Shown here in pieces: positions 1 to 9,617 of a stretch of DNA of 64,000 nucleotides; positions within the stretch are counted from its first letter, which is position 1, and each line of letters opens with the position of its first letter. Below the pieces are notes generated by a model. The model was not told the DNA's origin and searched no databases. It worked only from the letters and a program-made list of their open reading frames with translations. The translations under genes were made by a program, and so were the position numbers. The stretch covers positions 32,001 through 96,000 of IMG/VR virus record IMGVR_UViG_3300033150_001569; one strand, 5' to 3'. This DNA comes from a virus.

Positions 1-35
1 GAAAAAACTTTGTGAATTAGAAAGTTAAAATAATT

Positions 36-723
36 ATGACTAAAAGAGTGCAACAAATATTATATTATAAATATAAATATAATAAATTAGGATTGAAAAA
101 TGAAAAGGGAGAATTATATAAATATGTAACTAATGAGGTATTGGAAGAAATAAAAAATCATCCTGATTATGTTTTTGAAAATGGTAAGTGGAAATATATT
201 GGTATATTAGATTGTCGAAAAAATATTCATTGGTTAATTAGAAAAGCATATAGATCATGGTTAGCTCAAGGTAATAGATGTAATAATCCTAATGATGTTG
301 CTTATAAATATTATGGTGGTAAAGATAAACCTGTTAAACGTATATGGAATAGTAGAATTATGGTTAATTTTTGGATTAATGAATTTTTTAAAAGAAAATA
401 TTGGATATATCCTGTACTAAGTAGATTTAAAGACAAAGGCGATTATAAATTAGGTAATTGTATTTTGGAAGAAAATATTGAAAATATTAGTAAAATTAAA
501 TCAACAGAATTAATGCAAAAAACAAGAAGTAAAAATGGATTAAAAAATTCAAAAAAAAGTTAAATTAATTAATATTAATGATTTAAATGATTTTATAGAA
601 TTTTATTCTACTTTAGAAGCATGTAGACAATTAAATAAAGAAAAAACTTGTATAACAAATGCTATAAGAAGAAATGGAAATATTTATTATAATAATAAAA
701 AATATAAACCAGAAAAAATATAA
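36..723 (+). CDS. HNH-type homing endonuclease with C-terminal NUMOD1/IENR1-like DNA-binding domain, split by a frameshift at the A8 run 551-558
   Basis: ORF 36-563 has YKYYGGK..W and LSRFKDKGDYKLGNC, like the YGGRGI..DRID..Y...NC HNH subfamily. Removing one A gives a continuation KKVKLININD..EFYSTLEACRQL..ITNAIRRNG to TAA at 721-723, typical of NUMOD1. Confidence 0.6.
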
Positions 724-746
724 ACCAGAATATATAAAAGGATAAT

Positions 747-1721
747 ATGGATATTAAAAATTTAAATAATTTTAAAAATAAAAATATAATACTTATAGGA
801 GATGTAGCGATTGATATTTATGAATATTATAAATCAACTGAGTCTTCTCCTGAACATAAAGATATTCCAAAATGTATATTAGAAAATAGAAAAATTAATT
901 TAGGAATGACAGGAAATGTTGCAACAAATCTTGCTGCATTAGGAGCAAATGTTTATTTTTTCTGTGTTGGTAATAGAGAATTTTATGATGAATTAATGAA
1001 AATAAGTAATAAATTTGATAATAGAATAAAACTAATTTTTTATTCATCAGATAATATTACTTATAAGAAAAGAATAATAGTTAATAATAAACATATAATG
1101 AGAATTGACGAAGATATAAATATATCTAAAGATGAAAAGATTTTATTTAGATTTGATAGTATTTTATCATTGTCTCTTTCATCTAATATTAATATTGATG
1201 CAATTATATTATCTGATTATAATCGTGGATTAATAAAAAATTATGGTCAAGAATTTATAAATAAATTAAAAAATAAATTTAAAAATATTTCTATTTTTTA
1301 TGACCCACATGAAAAACAAAATAATATTCCAAATGGTATTGATTATTTAACACCTAATTTAAAAGAAGCAAAAGCAATTACTAAAAATAAAACTAATTTT
1401 TATTTAGATACGTATAATAATTTAATAAATAAAAATTTAGCAAAAAATATTATATTAAAATTGTCTGAAGATGGAGTTGTTTTTAAAGACGAAGATAATA
1501 AAGTTCAAAAAATTTCAGCTTGTAAAGAATCTGTTATTGATGTATCAGGAGCAGGAGATACATTAGTTTCAGTATTAGCATTAGCATTATCTTCAGGATT
1601 TTCTTTATATGATTCTGTTAATATTGCTAATATAGCATCAGGATTAGTAGTTATGAAAGAAGGAACACAACCAGTTTATTTTGAAGAATTAGAAAAGGAA
1701 TTAAAAAATTATGGAAAGTAA
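747..1721 (+). CDS. rfaE: PfkB-family kinase, HldE/RfaE domain I-like (D-glycero-D-manno-heptose-7-phosphate kinase)
   Basis: IGDVAID, SPE, GMTGNVATNLAALG, KKRI, RID, ILSDYNRG, TPNLKEA and DVSGAGDT motifs. Confidence 0.8.
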   Translation: MDIKNLNNFKNKNIILIGDVAIDIYEYYKSTESSPEHKDIPKCILENRKINLGMTGNVATNLAALGANVYFFCVGNREFYDELMKISNKFDNRIKLIFYSSDNITYKKRIIVNNKHIMRIDEDINISKDEKILFRFDSILSLSLSSNINIDAIILSDYNRGLIKNYGQEFINKLKNKFKNISIFYDPHEKQNNIPNGIDYLTPNLKEAKAITKNKTNFYLDTYNNLINKNLAKNIILKLSEDGVVFKDEDNKVQKISACKESVIDVSGAGDTLVSVLALALSSGFSLYDSVNIANIASGLVVMKEGTQPVYFEELEKELKNYGK

Positions 1722-1923
1722 AAAGATAGAATTTAAAAAATATAATGGACAAATTAAAATTTATATTGATGTAAAAGGAATGCAAGCAAAAAGTAAAAGT
1801 GATTGTAAGGATATTATTATAAAAAAGGCAAAAATTATTATAAGTAAATTACTTGAGAAACGTAATGATTTTGATGATGAATCATTATATATTATTAAGG
1901 ACGTAGAAACTAAAATATTATAA
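1711..1923 (+). CDS. hypothetical protein
   Basis: 70-aa ORF overlapping the upstream stop, with an AAGGA SD. Confidence 0.55.
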   Translation: MESKKIEFKKYNGQIKIYIDVKGMQAKSKSDCKDIIIKKAKIIISKLLEKRNDFDDESLYIIKDVETKIL

Positions 1924-1935
1924 ACAAAATTAATT

Positions 1936-2523
1936 ATGAACATAATCAAAGCAAATTTAGATGATTTTTTGTCCAGTGATCATCATATAGGACATTATAA
2001 TATAATAAATTATTGTAAACGACCATTTTATTCAATTCAAGAGATGGATTATATATTAATTAAAAATTGGAATGATAATATTACAAACAATGATATTGTT
2101 TTTTATCTTGGTGATTTTTGTATGAATCCTAAATATTATCAAATATTGTTACAATTTAATTTTAAAAAAATATATTTTATAATAGGAAATCATGATAAAA
2201 GAAAAAAATTACAAAAATTAATTGATGAATATAATTTAAATATTGAAATTTTTGATAATTTAATTATAGAAGTTGATAATAAGCAATATTATTTAACACA
2301 TATGCCTATTAATTGTTCAGATAACATTCCTAGTATAATTGGTCATGTTCATGAAAAATTTTTAAAATTAAATAAAAATAGTATTATTACACATTTTAAT
2401 CGTCAATTAAAAAAAGAAATTAAAAAAGAATTAAAACAATCAATTATTAATGTTGGTGTAGATGTTCATAATTTCAAACCTCTTAAAATAAGAGACTGTT
2501 TAAAAATTTTAAATGGAGAGTAA
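1936..2523 (+). CDS. calcineurin-like metallophosphoesterase
   Basis: SDHHIGH, LGDF, GNHD, LTHMP, GHVH and NVGVD motifs. Confidence 0.85.
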   Translation: MNIIKANLDDFLSSDHHIGHYNIINYCKRPFYSIQEMDYILIKNWNDNITNNDIVFYLGDFCMNPKYYQILLQFNFKKIYFIIGNHDKRKKLQKLIDEYNLNIEIFDNLIIEVDNKQYYLTHMPINCSDNIPSIIGHVHEKFLKLNKNSIITHFNRQLKKEIKKELKQSIINVGVDVHNFKPLKIRDCLKILNGE

Positions 2524-2527
2524 TAAA

Positions 2528-3142
2528 ATGAAAAATTTAATATTAATTTTATATATTTTACCTAGTATATTATTTGCTAATATTTGTGACAAACATCCTA
2601 TTTATTGCCAGATTATTAAAAATAAACAAAAAGTGAATGAAAAAATAAATTATAAATATGCAATGAAATTATCTAATAGTATATATAAAGTATGTAGAAA
2701 AGTTTTAAGAGAACAAACAAAACAAAATGAAATAGATAAAAAATCTTATTTATATAAATCTACTGATTATATTACTTGGAAAAATTTTATTGATTGTGAA
2801 AAAGATATGCAAATATATACTGCGATATTAGCTCAGGAATCGAGATATCAATTAAACGCAACTAATTGTATTCGAGGTTTAGATAAAACTACTCATGAAG
2901 AAACAACAGTTTGTATTGATTTTGGAATTTCTCAAGTAAATTTAAGAAATATTATTAAATATGATTTAGATACTCGTAAATTACTTACTGATATTGATTA
3001 TTCAGTTGAACAAGGAATTTGGATTTTAGCTAAATTTAAAAATCAATATTATGATAAAGAAGATAATTATTGGTCTAGATATAATGCTTCTTCTCATAAA
3101 AAAAGAAAAATATATGAAGATTTAGTTTCTAGATTTTTTTAA
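2528..3142 (+). CDS. lytic transglycosylase (SLT/lysozyme-like) with N-terminal signal peptide
   Basis: Signal-like N-terminus MKNLILILYILPSILFA; AILAQESRY (catalytic Glu), DFGISQVN and RYN motifs. Start moved from 2513 to ATG 2528, after GGAG. Confidence 0.75.
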   Translation: MKNLILILYILPSILFANICDKHPIYCQIIKNKQKVNEKINYKYAMKLSNSIYKVCRKVLREQTKQNEIDKKSYLYKSTDYITWKNFIDCEKDMQIYTAILAQESRYQLNATNCIRGLDKTTHEETTVCIDFGISQVNLRNIIKYDLDTRKLLTDIDYSVEQGIWILAKFKNQYYDKEDNYWSRYNASSHKKRKIYEDLVSRFF

Positions 3143-3158
3143 TTATTTGATAATGTTC

Positions 3159-3187
3159 TTGACTTATCATACAAATTAATATATAAA
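3159..3187 (+). promoter_or_regulatory. sigma70-like promoter
   Basis: TTGACT-N17-TATAAA in the intergenic gap upstream of the 3237 ORF; the AT-rich background weakens this call. Confidence 0.4.
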
Positions 3188-3236
3188 TTATATACTTAAT
3201 AAATAACATAAGTTATTGAAATTAAATGAGGAATTT

Positions 3237-3343
3237 ATGCCAAGAACTAAGAAAAAGACTACAAAGAAAACTCCAGATAAAAAAAATATTAAAAAAATAC
3301 TAAAAAGACTAATAAAAGAGGAAGACCTAAAACAAAAAAATAA
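3237..3343 (+). CDS. small Lys-rich AT-hook peptide (apparent frameshift at A7 run 3291-3297)
   Basis: GAGG SD, then MPRTKKKTTKKTPDKKNIKK. One extra A gives NTKKTNKRGRPKTKK-stop, containing a GRP AT-hook. Confidence 0.5.
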
Positions 3344-3369
3344 GTTTAAATTAAATACCCAAAATTTTT

Positions 3370-3404
3370 AAACCCTCAATATCAATATGGTATTGAGGGT
3401 TTTT
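3370..3404 (+). terminator. intrinsic terminator
   Basis: AAACCCTCAATA-loop-TATTGAGGGTTT stem running into T residues. Confidence 0.8.
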
Positions 3405-3414
3405 ATTATCTAAT

Positions 3415-3450
3415 CTATTCTAAAATAGCAAAATTCTCTACATTTTAGAT
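3415..3450 (+). promoter_or_regulatory. putative late promoter/operator motif, copy 1
   Basis: CTATTCTAAAATAG palindrome, then 16 nt and TTAGAT; recurs at 17567, 19479, 49989 and 58472. Confidence 0.65.
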
Positions 3451-3502
3451 AAAAAATAATATTTAATATTTATTTAAATTTTTTAATAAATGAGGTTTTA
3501 AA

Positions 3503-3886
3503 ATGGCAGTTCCTTCAAAAGATGCTAGTAATGAAGAAAAAAGAAATGCTCAAAAAGCAAGAGCGTCAAAATATGGTATAGAAGCTTTAGATGGTAAAGG
3601 AGAGAATTTATCTTATCCTGCTGGTTTTCCAACAAAAGAAAGTCTTTATGGTGATCCAGTAAATTTAAAATATCCTCTTGAATCTAAAGCAAGAGCAGCA
3701 AATGCTAGAGTTCGTTTTAAACAATTTGCTGATAATTATTCAAAAACATCATCTAAAAGAATAATTCATGAAAGAATAGTCAGAGCAGAAATAGCTCATG
3801 GAATTGAACCTAAATATAATGAAGATGATGCTCTTGATAGATTACTTCCTGCTTCTTTAGTAGATCAAATGATGAAATCTGAATAA
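3503..3886 (+). CDS. small head-associated protein, DUF6582-like
   Basis: YGDPVNLKYPL..RAANARVRFKQ motif resembles DUF6582-type domains of phage head proteins (recalled); GAGG SD. Confidence 0.5.
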   Translation: MAVPSKDASNEEKRNAQKARASKYGIEALDGKGENLSYPAGFPTKESLYGDPVNLKYPLESKARAANARVRFKQFADNYSKTSSKRIIHERIVRAEIAHGIEPKYNEDDALDRLLPASLVDQMMKSE

Positions 3887-3917
3887 TTCAGATAAATAAG
3901 TATAAATTTATATAAGT

Positions 3918-4226
3918 ATGATAGATAAAAAAACTATAATATCTAATTTTATTTCTAAATATGACATCTATGATTTTTCTCCTAAACAACAATATATTTT
4001 CGGATTATTTATTTCTAAATTAGAAAATTTTAATATTGAACAAATTAAAGGGGCAATCTCTCTATTTCAAAAAGAGATTATGCCCCTTTTTACGTTAACA
4101 GATGATGAAAATAAATTTTTAGAAGAATTTGATAAAAAATATTTAGAATTACAAAAACAAAATAAAAAAGAACTTATTAAATTTTTATCAGATGAAGGAG
4201 AATATGAGAAAATCGAACATTTGTAA
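3918..4226 (+). CDS. hypothetical protein
   Basis: 102-aa ORF in operon context. Confidence 0.6.
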   Translation: MIDKKTIISNFISKYDIYDFSPKQQYIFGLFISKLENFNIEQIKGAISLFQKEIMPLFTLTDDENKFLEEFDKKYLELQKQNKKELIKFLSDEGEYEKIEHL

Positions 4227-4788
4227 ATATATTTGTTTTGAAGGAATAAATGGTTCTGGAAAAACTACACAAGCATTAAAGTTAACTGACTATTTAACAG
4301 AAAAAGGTTTTAATACTATTTATACAACAGAATATAATCCAATATTTTTAGAAAATTTATCTAATTATAAAAATAAAGATAAAGTAGTAAAACAATTAAT
4401 AATTGGTGCTAATTCAAGAGCACATTATTTAGATATTATTAAACCAGGGTTAAAACAATATGATTATATAATTTCTGATCGTGGTCCATTTTATAATTTT
4501 TGTTATGGTGAAGTCGATATTCCTGATATTAATTTTATATTTGAATATATTTATAGAAAAACTTATGTACCTGATTTAAATATTTTATGTGATGTTAAAA
4601 ATATAGAAGATGCAATTAATAGAATAAAAAATAAATCTTCTAGTAAATCAATTAAATATCATGAGAAAGCAAAAGATTTATTTTTAAGAGCAGCAGATGT
4701 TTATCCTAATTTTAGAATTGTTGATACTAGTATTTATAATATAGATCAAGCTCATAATGTTGTTAAAAAAATAATAGATAATTTTTAG
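4204..4788 (+). CDS. tmk: thymidylate (dTMP) kinase
   Basis: FEGINGSGKTTQ P-loop, IISDRG and PDL motifs; start at ATG 4204 after AAGGAG. Confidence 0.85.
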   Translation: MRKSNICKYICFEGINGSGKTTQALKLTDYLTEKGFNTIYTTEYNPIFLENLSNYKNKDKVVKQLIIGANSRAHYLDIIKPGLKQYDYIISDRGPFYNFCYGEVDIPDINFIFEYIYRKTYVPDLNILCDVKNIEDAINRIKNKSSSKSIKYHEKAKDLFLRAADVYPNFRIVDTSIYNIDQAHNVVKKIIDNF

Positions 4789-4796
4789 GTTATTTT

Positions 4797-5582
4797 ATGT
4801 CTGATGATTTTACTTTTGAATTGGAAGAAAAAGTTCCTAATAAAGAATTAAAAATAGAAAAACAAGGTGATTGGCAAGTAATTAAAAATAATAGTGATAG
4901 ACCTATTACAGCAGAAGAATTTGAAGCATTAATTAATAAAGATTATAAAAAAGCAAAAGATAAAGTATTAATTAAACCAAAAAAAGATAAACAATTACCA
5001 TCTCCAAAAGATACTAAAAATAAAGATGAGGAAAAAATAGAAGAGAAAGATCCTCCTAAAAAATGTTCATTTATAATGAAAGATGGACAACAATGTAGTA
5101 ATTGGGTTATTCCAGGTAGTGATTATTGTTCTAAACATACTAATCCAGTTCCATCTAAACCAAGTGATTTTAAACCTAAAGTTATTCCAAAAGGAAAAGT
5201 AAAAGAAGGATTATATAGTACTACTAAATATACTGCTTCTGTACAAGGAATGGTTAGTGAATATAGAAAAGATCCTGATTTAGAAAATTTAGATATTGAA
5301 TTAGCATATATGAAATCATTAAAAGATAGAGTAGAGAATCTTGAAATACCTGAATTTGATAAAGTTAAATTAGTAGGAGATATATTAATTGAAACAACTA
5401 AAATGGCAGAAAGAAGACAAAAAATTATTGAAGCTAGAAAATATTATTTAGAAGTATCTCAGATAACTTATTTCGTGACACAAATTTTAAATATTATAAA
5501 TCGTCACGTTCAAAGTCCTGAAGAAAGATTAGCAATTAAGGAAGATATTCAAGGACTTTATATAAAAAGATTAAAAAAATAA
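4797..5582 (+). CDS. probable terminase small subunit with Cys/His zinc finger
   Basis: C-x9-C-x10-C-x2-H followed by GLYS and a helical C-terminus; two genes upstream of TerL. Confidence 0.5.
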   Translation: MSDDFTFELEEKVPNKELKIEKQGDWQVIKNNSDRPITAEEFEALINKDYKKAKDKVLIKPKKDKQLPSPKDTKNKDEEKIEEKDPPKKCSFIMKDGQQCSNWVIPGSDYCSKHTNPVPSKPSDFKPKVIPKGKVKEGLYSTTKYTASVQGMVSEYRKDPDLENLDIELAYMKSLKDRVENLEIPEFDKVKLVGDILIETTKMAERRQKIIEARKYYLEVSQITYFVTQILNIINRHVQSPEERLAIKEDIQGLYIKRLKK

Positions 5583-5591
5583 GGATATCTA

Positions 5592-6944
5592 ATGGATAAA
5601 GAAAAAATTAAAAATGATATTATAAGAGTTGCTAATAAATTAAATAAAAGACCTAGTAGAGATGAATATTTAGTTTATGGTAAATATTCAAAAAGAAATA
5701 TTGATAAAGTTTTTGGTTCTTATAGTGCAGCAATTTTTGAATCGGGTGTTGAAAAAATTGAAACAATTAAAAATCTTAAAAAATTAAGAAATGAATTAGT
5801 TAATTATGATTCTGATTGTGAAAAAGAAATAATTGAAGAAATGGAAAAACATAAAGAAAAAGTAAAAGAAAAAGTAACTAAAAGATATTATGAACAATTA
5901 AAAAAACAAAAAATGATAGGAGATCTTGTTATAGAAACAATTGAGGGATGTGCTGCTTCATTAGAAGCTAATGAGTTAAGTATAAAAGTTATTCCTTCAG
6001 ATACTAAAAAATGTGATTTTAATAAAAGTAAAGCTATTTTATGGTTAGATTTTAGTGATAGTCATATAGGAGAATTAGTTAAAAAAGAAGTTGTTGGAGG
6101 TTTGGGTGAACATAATTGGCAAATTTGGGAAGAAAAATTAAGTAAATGGGTAAATAAAGTAATTAATAAAATAAGAAATCTTAAAAATATTTATAATATA
6201 GAAAAAGTAATAATAGCATTTTTAGGAGATATAATTGATGGTGATAGTATTTATAGAAGTCATACCTATAATATTGATACTGATAAATTTTTTCAAATAA
6301 CAGAAGGTTCAGAAGATATAACAAATGCTTTAGTTAAGATTGCAAGTACATTTCCTAATATTGATTTTGAAATTTATGGAACTGGTGGAAATCATGGTAG
6401 AGATGGAAGAAAAGGAGAAAAACCATATCATATTAATTTTGATTTAATGGTTTATAAATTTATTGAAACTAGATTAAAATGTTATAATCTTAAAAATATT
6501 CAATTCAATTTTTCTATAGTTTGGTTTTCAGTAGTTTCTTTATTTTATGAAGATAAAGATTGTCCTGTTAAAGAAACAGGATGGTTAAATCTTATTCAAC
6601 ATGGTGATGGAATACCACAGAATTTAGGGATTCCTTTTTATGGTATATCAAGATCTGCTGCTAAATATGATAAAATGCTTCAAAAATGTATTCATTATAG
6701 ACATTTAGGACATTTTCATACAGGTGGAGATTTAGGTAATTCAGCAGGTGCAGATTTATTAAATGGTTGTTTTCCTGGTGGAAATGAATTTTCTGCAAAA
6801 GATTTAGCAGTTACTTCTAGACCAGAACAAAGAGGTTATTTATTTACTCCACAAGAAGGAATAGTTGATACATATCGTTTTTATCTTAGTGATTTTATAG
6901 TTCCCGATATTAAGATTTATGGAAAAGATAAAGATAAGGAATAG
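5592..6944 (+). CDS. metallophosphoesterase/nuclease with N-terminal homing-endonuclease-associated HTH repeat
   Basis: N-terminal IIRVANKLNKRPS..EY..FGSYSAA; SDSHIG, LGDIIDG, GNHGR, HGD and GHFH motifs. Confidence 0.75.
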   Translation: MDKEKIKNDIIRVANKLNKRPSRDEYLVYGKYSKRNIDKVFGSYSAAIFESGVEKIETIKNLKKLRNELVNYDSDCEKEIIEEMEKHKEKVKEKVTKRYYEQLKKQKMIGDLVIETIEGCAASLEANELSIKVIPSDTKKCDFNKSKAILWLDFSDSHIGELVKKEVVGGLGEHNWQIWEEKLSKWVNKVINKIRNLKNIYNIEKVIIAFLGDIIDGDSIYRSHTYNIDTDKFFQITEGSEDITNALVKIASTFPNIDFEIYGTGGNHGRDGRKGEKPYHINFDLMVYKFIETRLKCYNLKNIQFNFSIVWFSVVSLFYEDKDCPVKETGWLNLIQHGDGIPQNLGIPFYGISRSAAKYDKMLQKCIHYRHLGHFHTGGDLGNSAGADLLNGCFPGGNEFSAKDLAVTSRPEQRGYLFTPQEGIVDTYRFYLSDFIVPDIKIYGKDKDKE

Positions 6945-6946
6945 TT

Positions 6947-9238
6947 ATCAAAGATCATTTAAAATTACGTTATGTTACTTCTTCAAAAAAAGAAAATAGA
7001 GCAAAAGTAGATCCATTAACAGATGCATTTAAAGAATTATCAGATAGTAGTATTTTACTTTCAAATGAGAGAGAAAGTATATGGGAGCATGAAGTAGTTG
7101 ATGTTGAAAAATTTTTGTTACATAGTGACTATTTAGATCAAAAAGAATATGCACGTCCCTGGGTAGTAGATATTTTAAATGAAGTATTTGATGGTGTTGT
7201 TTATAATGCTAAAAATGGTGGAAATGATAAAGAAGGAGATTTATTATTTAAATATAAAGAAGTAATATTTAATACTGCTATTGGATGTGGTAAATGTTTA
7301 ACAGGAGAATCAATAATTAAATTAGATAATGGAACTCCAGTAGAAGTAAAAGATTTATATGATAGGTATCAAAATGGAGATAATAATTATTATACTTATT
7401 CATTAGATGAAAATAAAATAGAATTAGTAAAAAATAAAATTAAAACTGTTATTTCTAATGGTTATAAATATACTTTTGAAATATTTACAACTAATAAAAA
7501 AATAATAAGATGTACAAGTAATCATCCATTTTGGGGAACAATAAAACAAATAAATAAAATAAAACCATGTTGGAGACAATTACATACTATTAATGTTGGT
7601 GAAAAAATATTAACTTATGATTGGGAAAAGAAAAAATTTGTTTGGGATAGAATTAAAAGTATAAAATTTTCAGGAGTTAGAGAAGTATATGATTTATCAA
7701 TGGAAAATATAAATTATCCTTCTTTTGTTGCAAATGAATTTATAGTTCATAATTCATATACTTTATCATTAATATCATGTTATGTTGCTTATTTAATTTT
7801 GTGTTTAAAAGATCCTTGTAAATTTTTTAATCTTGCTCCTGGTAGTAAATTTGCAATTGTTAATAATTCTATTACACAGAAAAATGCTAAACGAGTTGTT
7901 TTTAGTGAAATATATAATAAAATATTAACATCTCCTTGGTTTCAAGATAAATATAGACCAAATCCAAGAATACAATCAGAATTACAATTTGATTATTTAC
8001 CAGATAATCCTGATTTAATTGATCCAAGAAGAAAATATAAATCAGTAACAATTATTCCTGGTTCTAGTAGTGAATTTTCTGCAATTGGTTTACAATTATT
8101 TTTAGGTATAATTGATGAAGCAAGTAAATATCCTATTATTAATGAAGTATCACAAGCAGAAACTATTTATACTACAATGGATAGACGAGTTACTTCTAGA
8201 TTTGGTTCTAGAGGATTGTTAGTTATAGCTGGATCACCTCAATATACAGGTGATTGGTTAGATGCAAAATATAAAGAGTCATTAGATGATGAATTAATTT
8301 TAACTAAAAATATTCCTTTATGGGAAGCAAAACAATCTACTTGGTTTATTGATGAAGAAACTAAAAATAAATTTTTCTATTTTCATCCTACTGATGAAGT
8401 AATTATAGAAGAAGATAATCCTAAAAAATATGATTGTATTAAAATACCTGATTTAAGAGAATATCGTAAAGCATTTGAAAAAAATCCTTCAGGAGCAAAA
8501 AGAGATTTAGGTGGAATGCCAAGTGATTCTCTTAAACCATTTTTTACAATACAAAGTGCTATTGATAAATGCATTGATTATACTAGAAAAAGTCCTTGTT
8601 TTAAAGAAACAGGAGATCAACCATTTAAATTTAAAGATTGGTTTAGACCTATTTCAGCAGGTGTTCATATTGTTCATGCTGACTTTTCATTAATGCGTGG
8701 TAAAGATTCCACGGGAATTTCGATAGGTCATATAGATCATGTTGATGAAGAAGGTTCTGTTTATGTTTATATTGATGCAATGATTAGAATGCGTGGTACT
8801 AAAGAAAAAAGATTAGATTTAGCAACTATTCGTGAAGTTATATATGAATTAACAGCTAGAGGATTTAATATTGGTTTAATTACTACAGATAGATTTCAAA
8901 GTTATGATTGTAGACAAATATTAGAAAAGAAAGGTTATAATTGTGATTTATTATCTGTAGATCAAAATATTCAACCTTATAATGATTTAAAAGAAGCTGT
9001 TTATGAAAAAAGAGTAAATTATTATGATGATCCTATATTTATACGTGAAATTAAATTACTTGAAGATATTAATGGAAAAAGAGTTGATCATCCACCAGGA
9101 GTTAATGCAATTGATGGTATGAAAAATAGTAAAGATATAAGTGATTCTGTTGCTGGTGTTGTTCATAATTTAATTAAATATCATAGAGAAATTTTAGATA
9201 ATATTGAAGAAGAAGATAATCAAGCTATTTTAATATAA
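6947..9238 (+). CDS. terL: terminase large subunit with mini-intein in Walker A; probable non-canonical start
   Basis: Spliced Walker A TAIGCGK|S, Walker B IIDEA, nuclease HADFS..DSTG, TTDRFQS, DHPPG..SKDISD. The frame is open from 6938 with no ATG/GTG/TTG until 7115; SD AAGGA at 6936-6940 precedes ATA/ATC. Confidence 0.9.
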   Translation: MKDHLKLRYVTSSKKENRAKVDPLTDAFKELSDSSILLSNERESIWEHEVVDVEKFLLHSDYLDQKEYARPWVVDILNEVFDGVVYNAKNGGNDKEGDLLFKYKEVIFNTAIGCGKCLTGESIIKLDNGTPVEVKDLYDRYQNGDNNYYTYSLDENKIELVKNKIKTVISNGYKYTFEIFTTNKKIIRCTSNHPFWGTIKQINKIKPCWRQLHTINVGEKILTYDWEKKKFVWDRIKSIKFSGVREVYDLSMENINYPSFVANEFIVHNSYTLSLISCYVAYLILCLKDPCKFFNLAPGSKFAIVNNSITQKNAKRVVFSEIYNKILTSPWFQDKYRPNPRIQSELQFDYLPDNPDLIDPRRKYKSVTIIPGSSSEFSAIGLQLFLGIIDEASKYPIINEVSQAETIYTTMDRRVTSRFGSRGLLVIAGSPQYTGDWLDAKYKESLDDELILTKNIPLWEAKQSTWFIDEETKNKFFYFHPTDEVIIEEDNPKKYDCIKIPDLREYRKAFEKNPSGAKRDLGGMPSDSLKPFFTIQSAIDKCIDYTRKSPCFKETGDQPFKFKDWFRPISAGVHIVHADFSLMRGKDSTGISIGHIDHVDEEGSVYVYIDAMIRMRGTKEKRLDLATIREVIYELTARGFNIGLITTDRFQSYDCRQILEKKGYNCDLLSVDQNIQPYNDLKEAVYEKRVNYYDDPIFIREIKLLEDINGKRVDHPPGVNAIDGMKNSKDISDSVAGVVHNLIKYHREILDNIEEEDNQAILI
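7295..7753 (+). mobile_element. mini-intein (153 aa, no endonuclease) in TerL
   Basis: Starts CLTGES; block B CTSNHPF; ends VYDLSM..FVANEFIVHN followed by Ser+1. Confidence 0.92.
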
Positions 9239-9248
9239 AATAATTAAT

Positions 9249-9515
9249 ATGTCTGAAAAAAGATCTAAAATAATTATTTGTAAAATACGTGGAAAAGTAA
9301 AACTTTTTAAACGTGGATATGGTTTTATTAATTTTTTAGAAGAAGATAATATCAATATTAAAAATGATATTTTTGTACATTATTCAAAAATAATTAGTGA
9401 TGAAAAATTTAAAACTTTAGAAGAAGGAGATATAGTAGAGTTTGATTTAGTTGAATATATAGATGGTCGTTTAAGAGCATTAAATGTTCGCAAAATAGAT
9501 AGGATAGGAGATTAA
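9249..9515 (+). CDS. cold-shock domain (CSP) RNA-binding protein
   Basis: GKVKLF..RGYGFI (RNP1), DIFVHYSKI (RNP2), FKTLEEGDIVEF, ALNV. Confidence 0.9.
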   Translation: MSEKRSKIIICKIRGKVKLFKRGYGFINFLEEDNINIKNDIFVHYSKIISDEKFKTLEEGDIVEFDLVEYIDGRLRALNVRKIDRIGD

Positions 9516-9517
9516 AT

Positions 9518-9616
9518 ATGAAGAATTTATTATTAAATTTTTATATTAAATTTTATTATTTAATAAATTATATAGAAATTATAACTTTTATAACTTTATA
9601 TTATTTAGGAGTATAA
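9518..9616 (+). CDS. 32-aa hydrophobic peptide
   Basis: AGGAG SD; MKNLLLNFYIKFYYLINYIEIITFITLYYLGV fills the gap exactly; below the ORF-track cutoff. Confidence 0.45.
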   Translation: MKNLLLNFYIKFYYLINYIEIITFITLYYLGV

Positions 9617-9617
9617 A

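Noticed and set aside
702-730. 13-bp direct repeat ATATAAACCAGAA at the end of the HNH gene, as a possible insertion scar
   Set aside because: The copies are adjacent rather than flanking the gene, and the repeat is short and AT-rich; a local duplication is the likelier cause.
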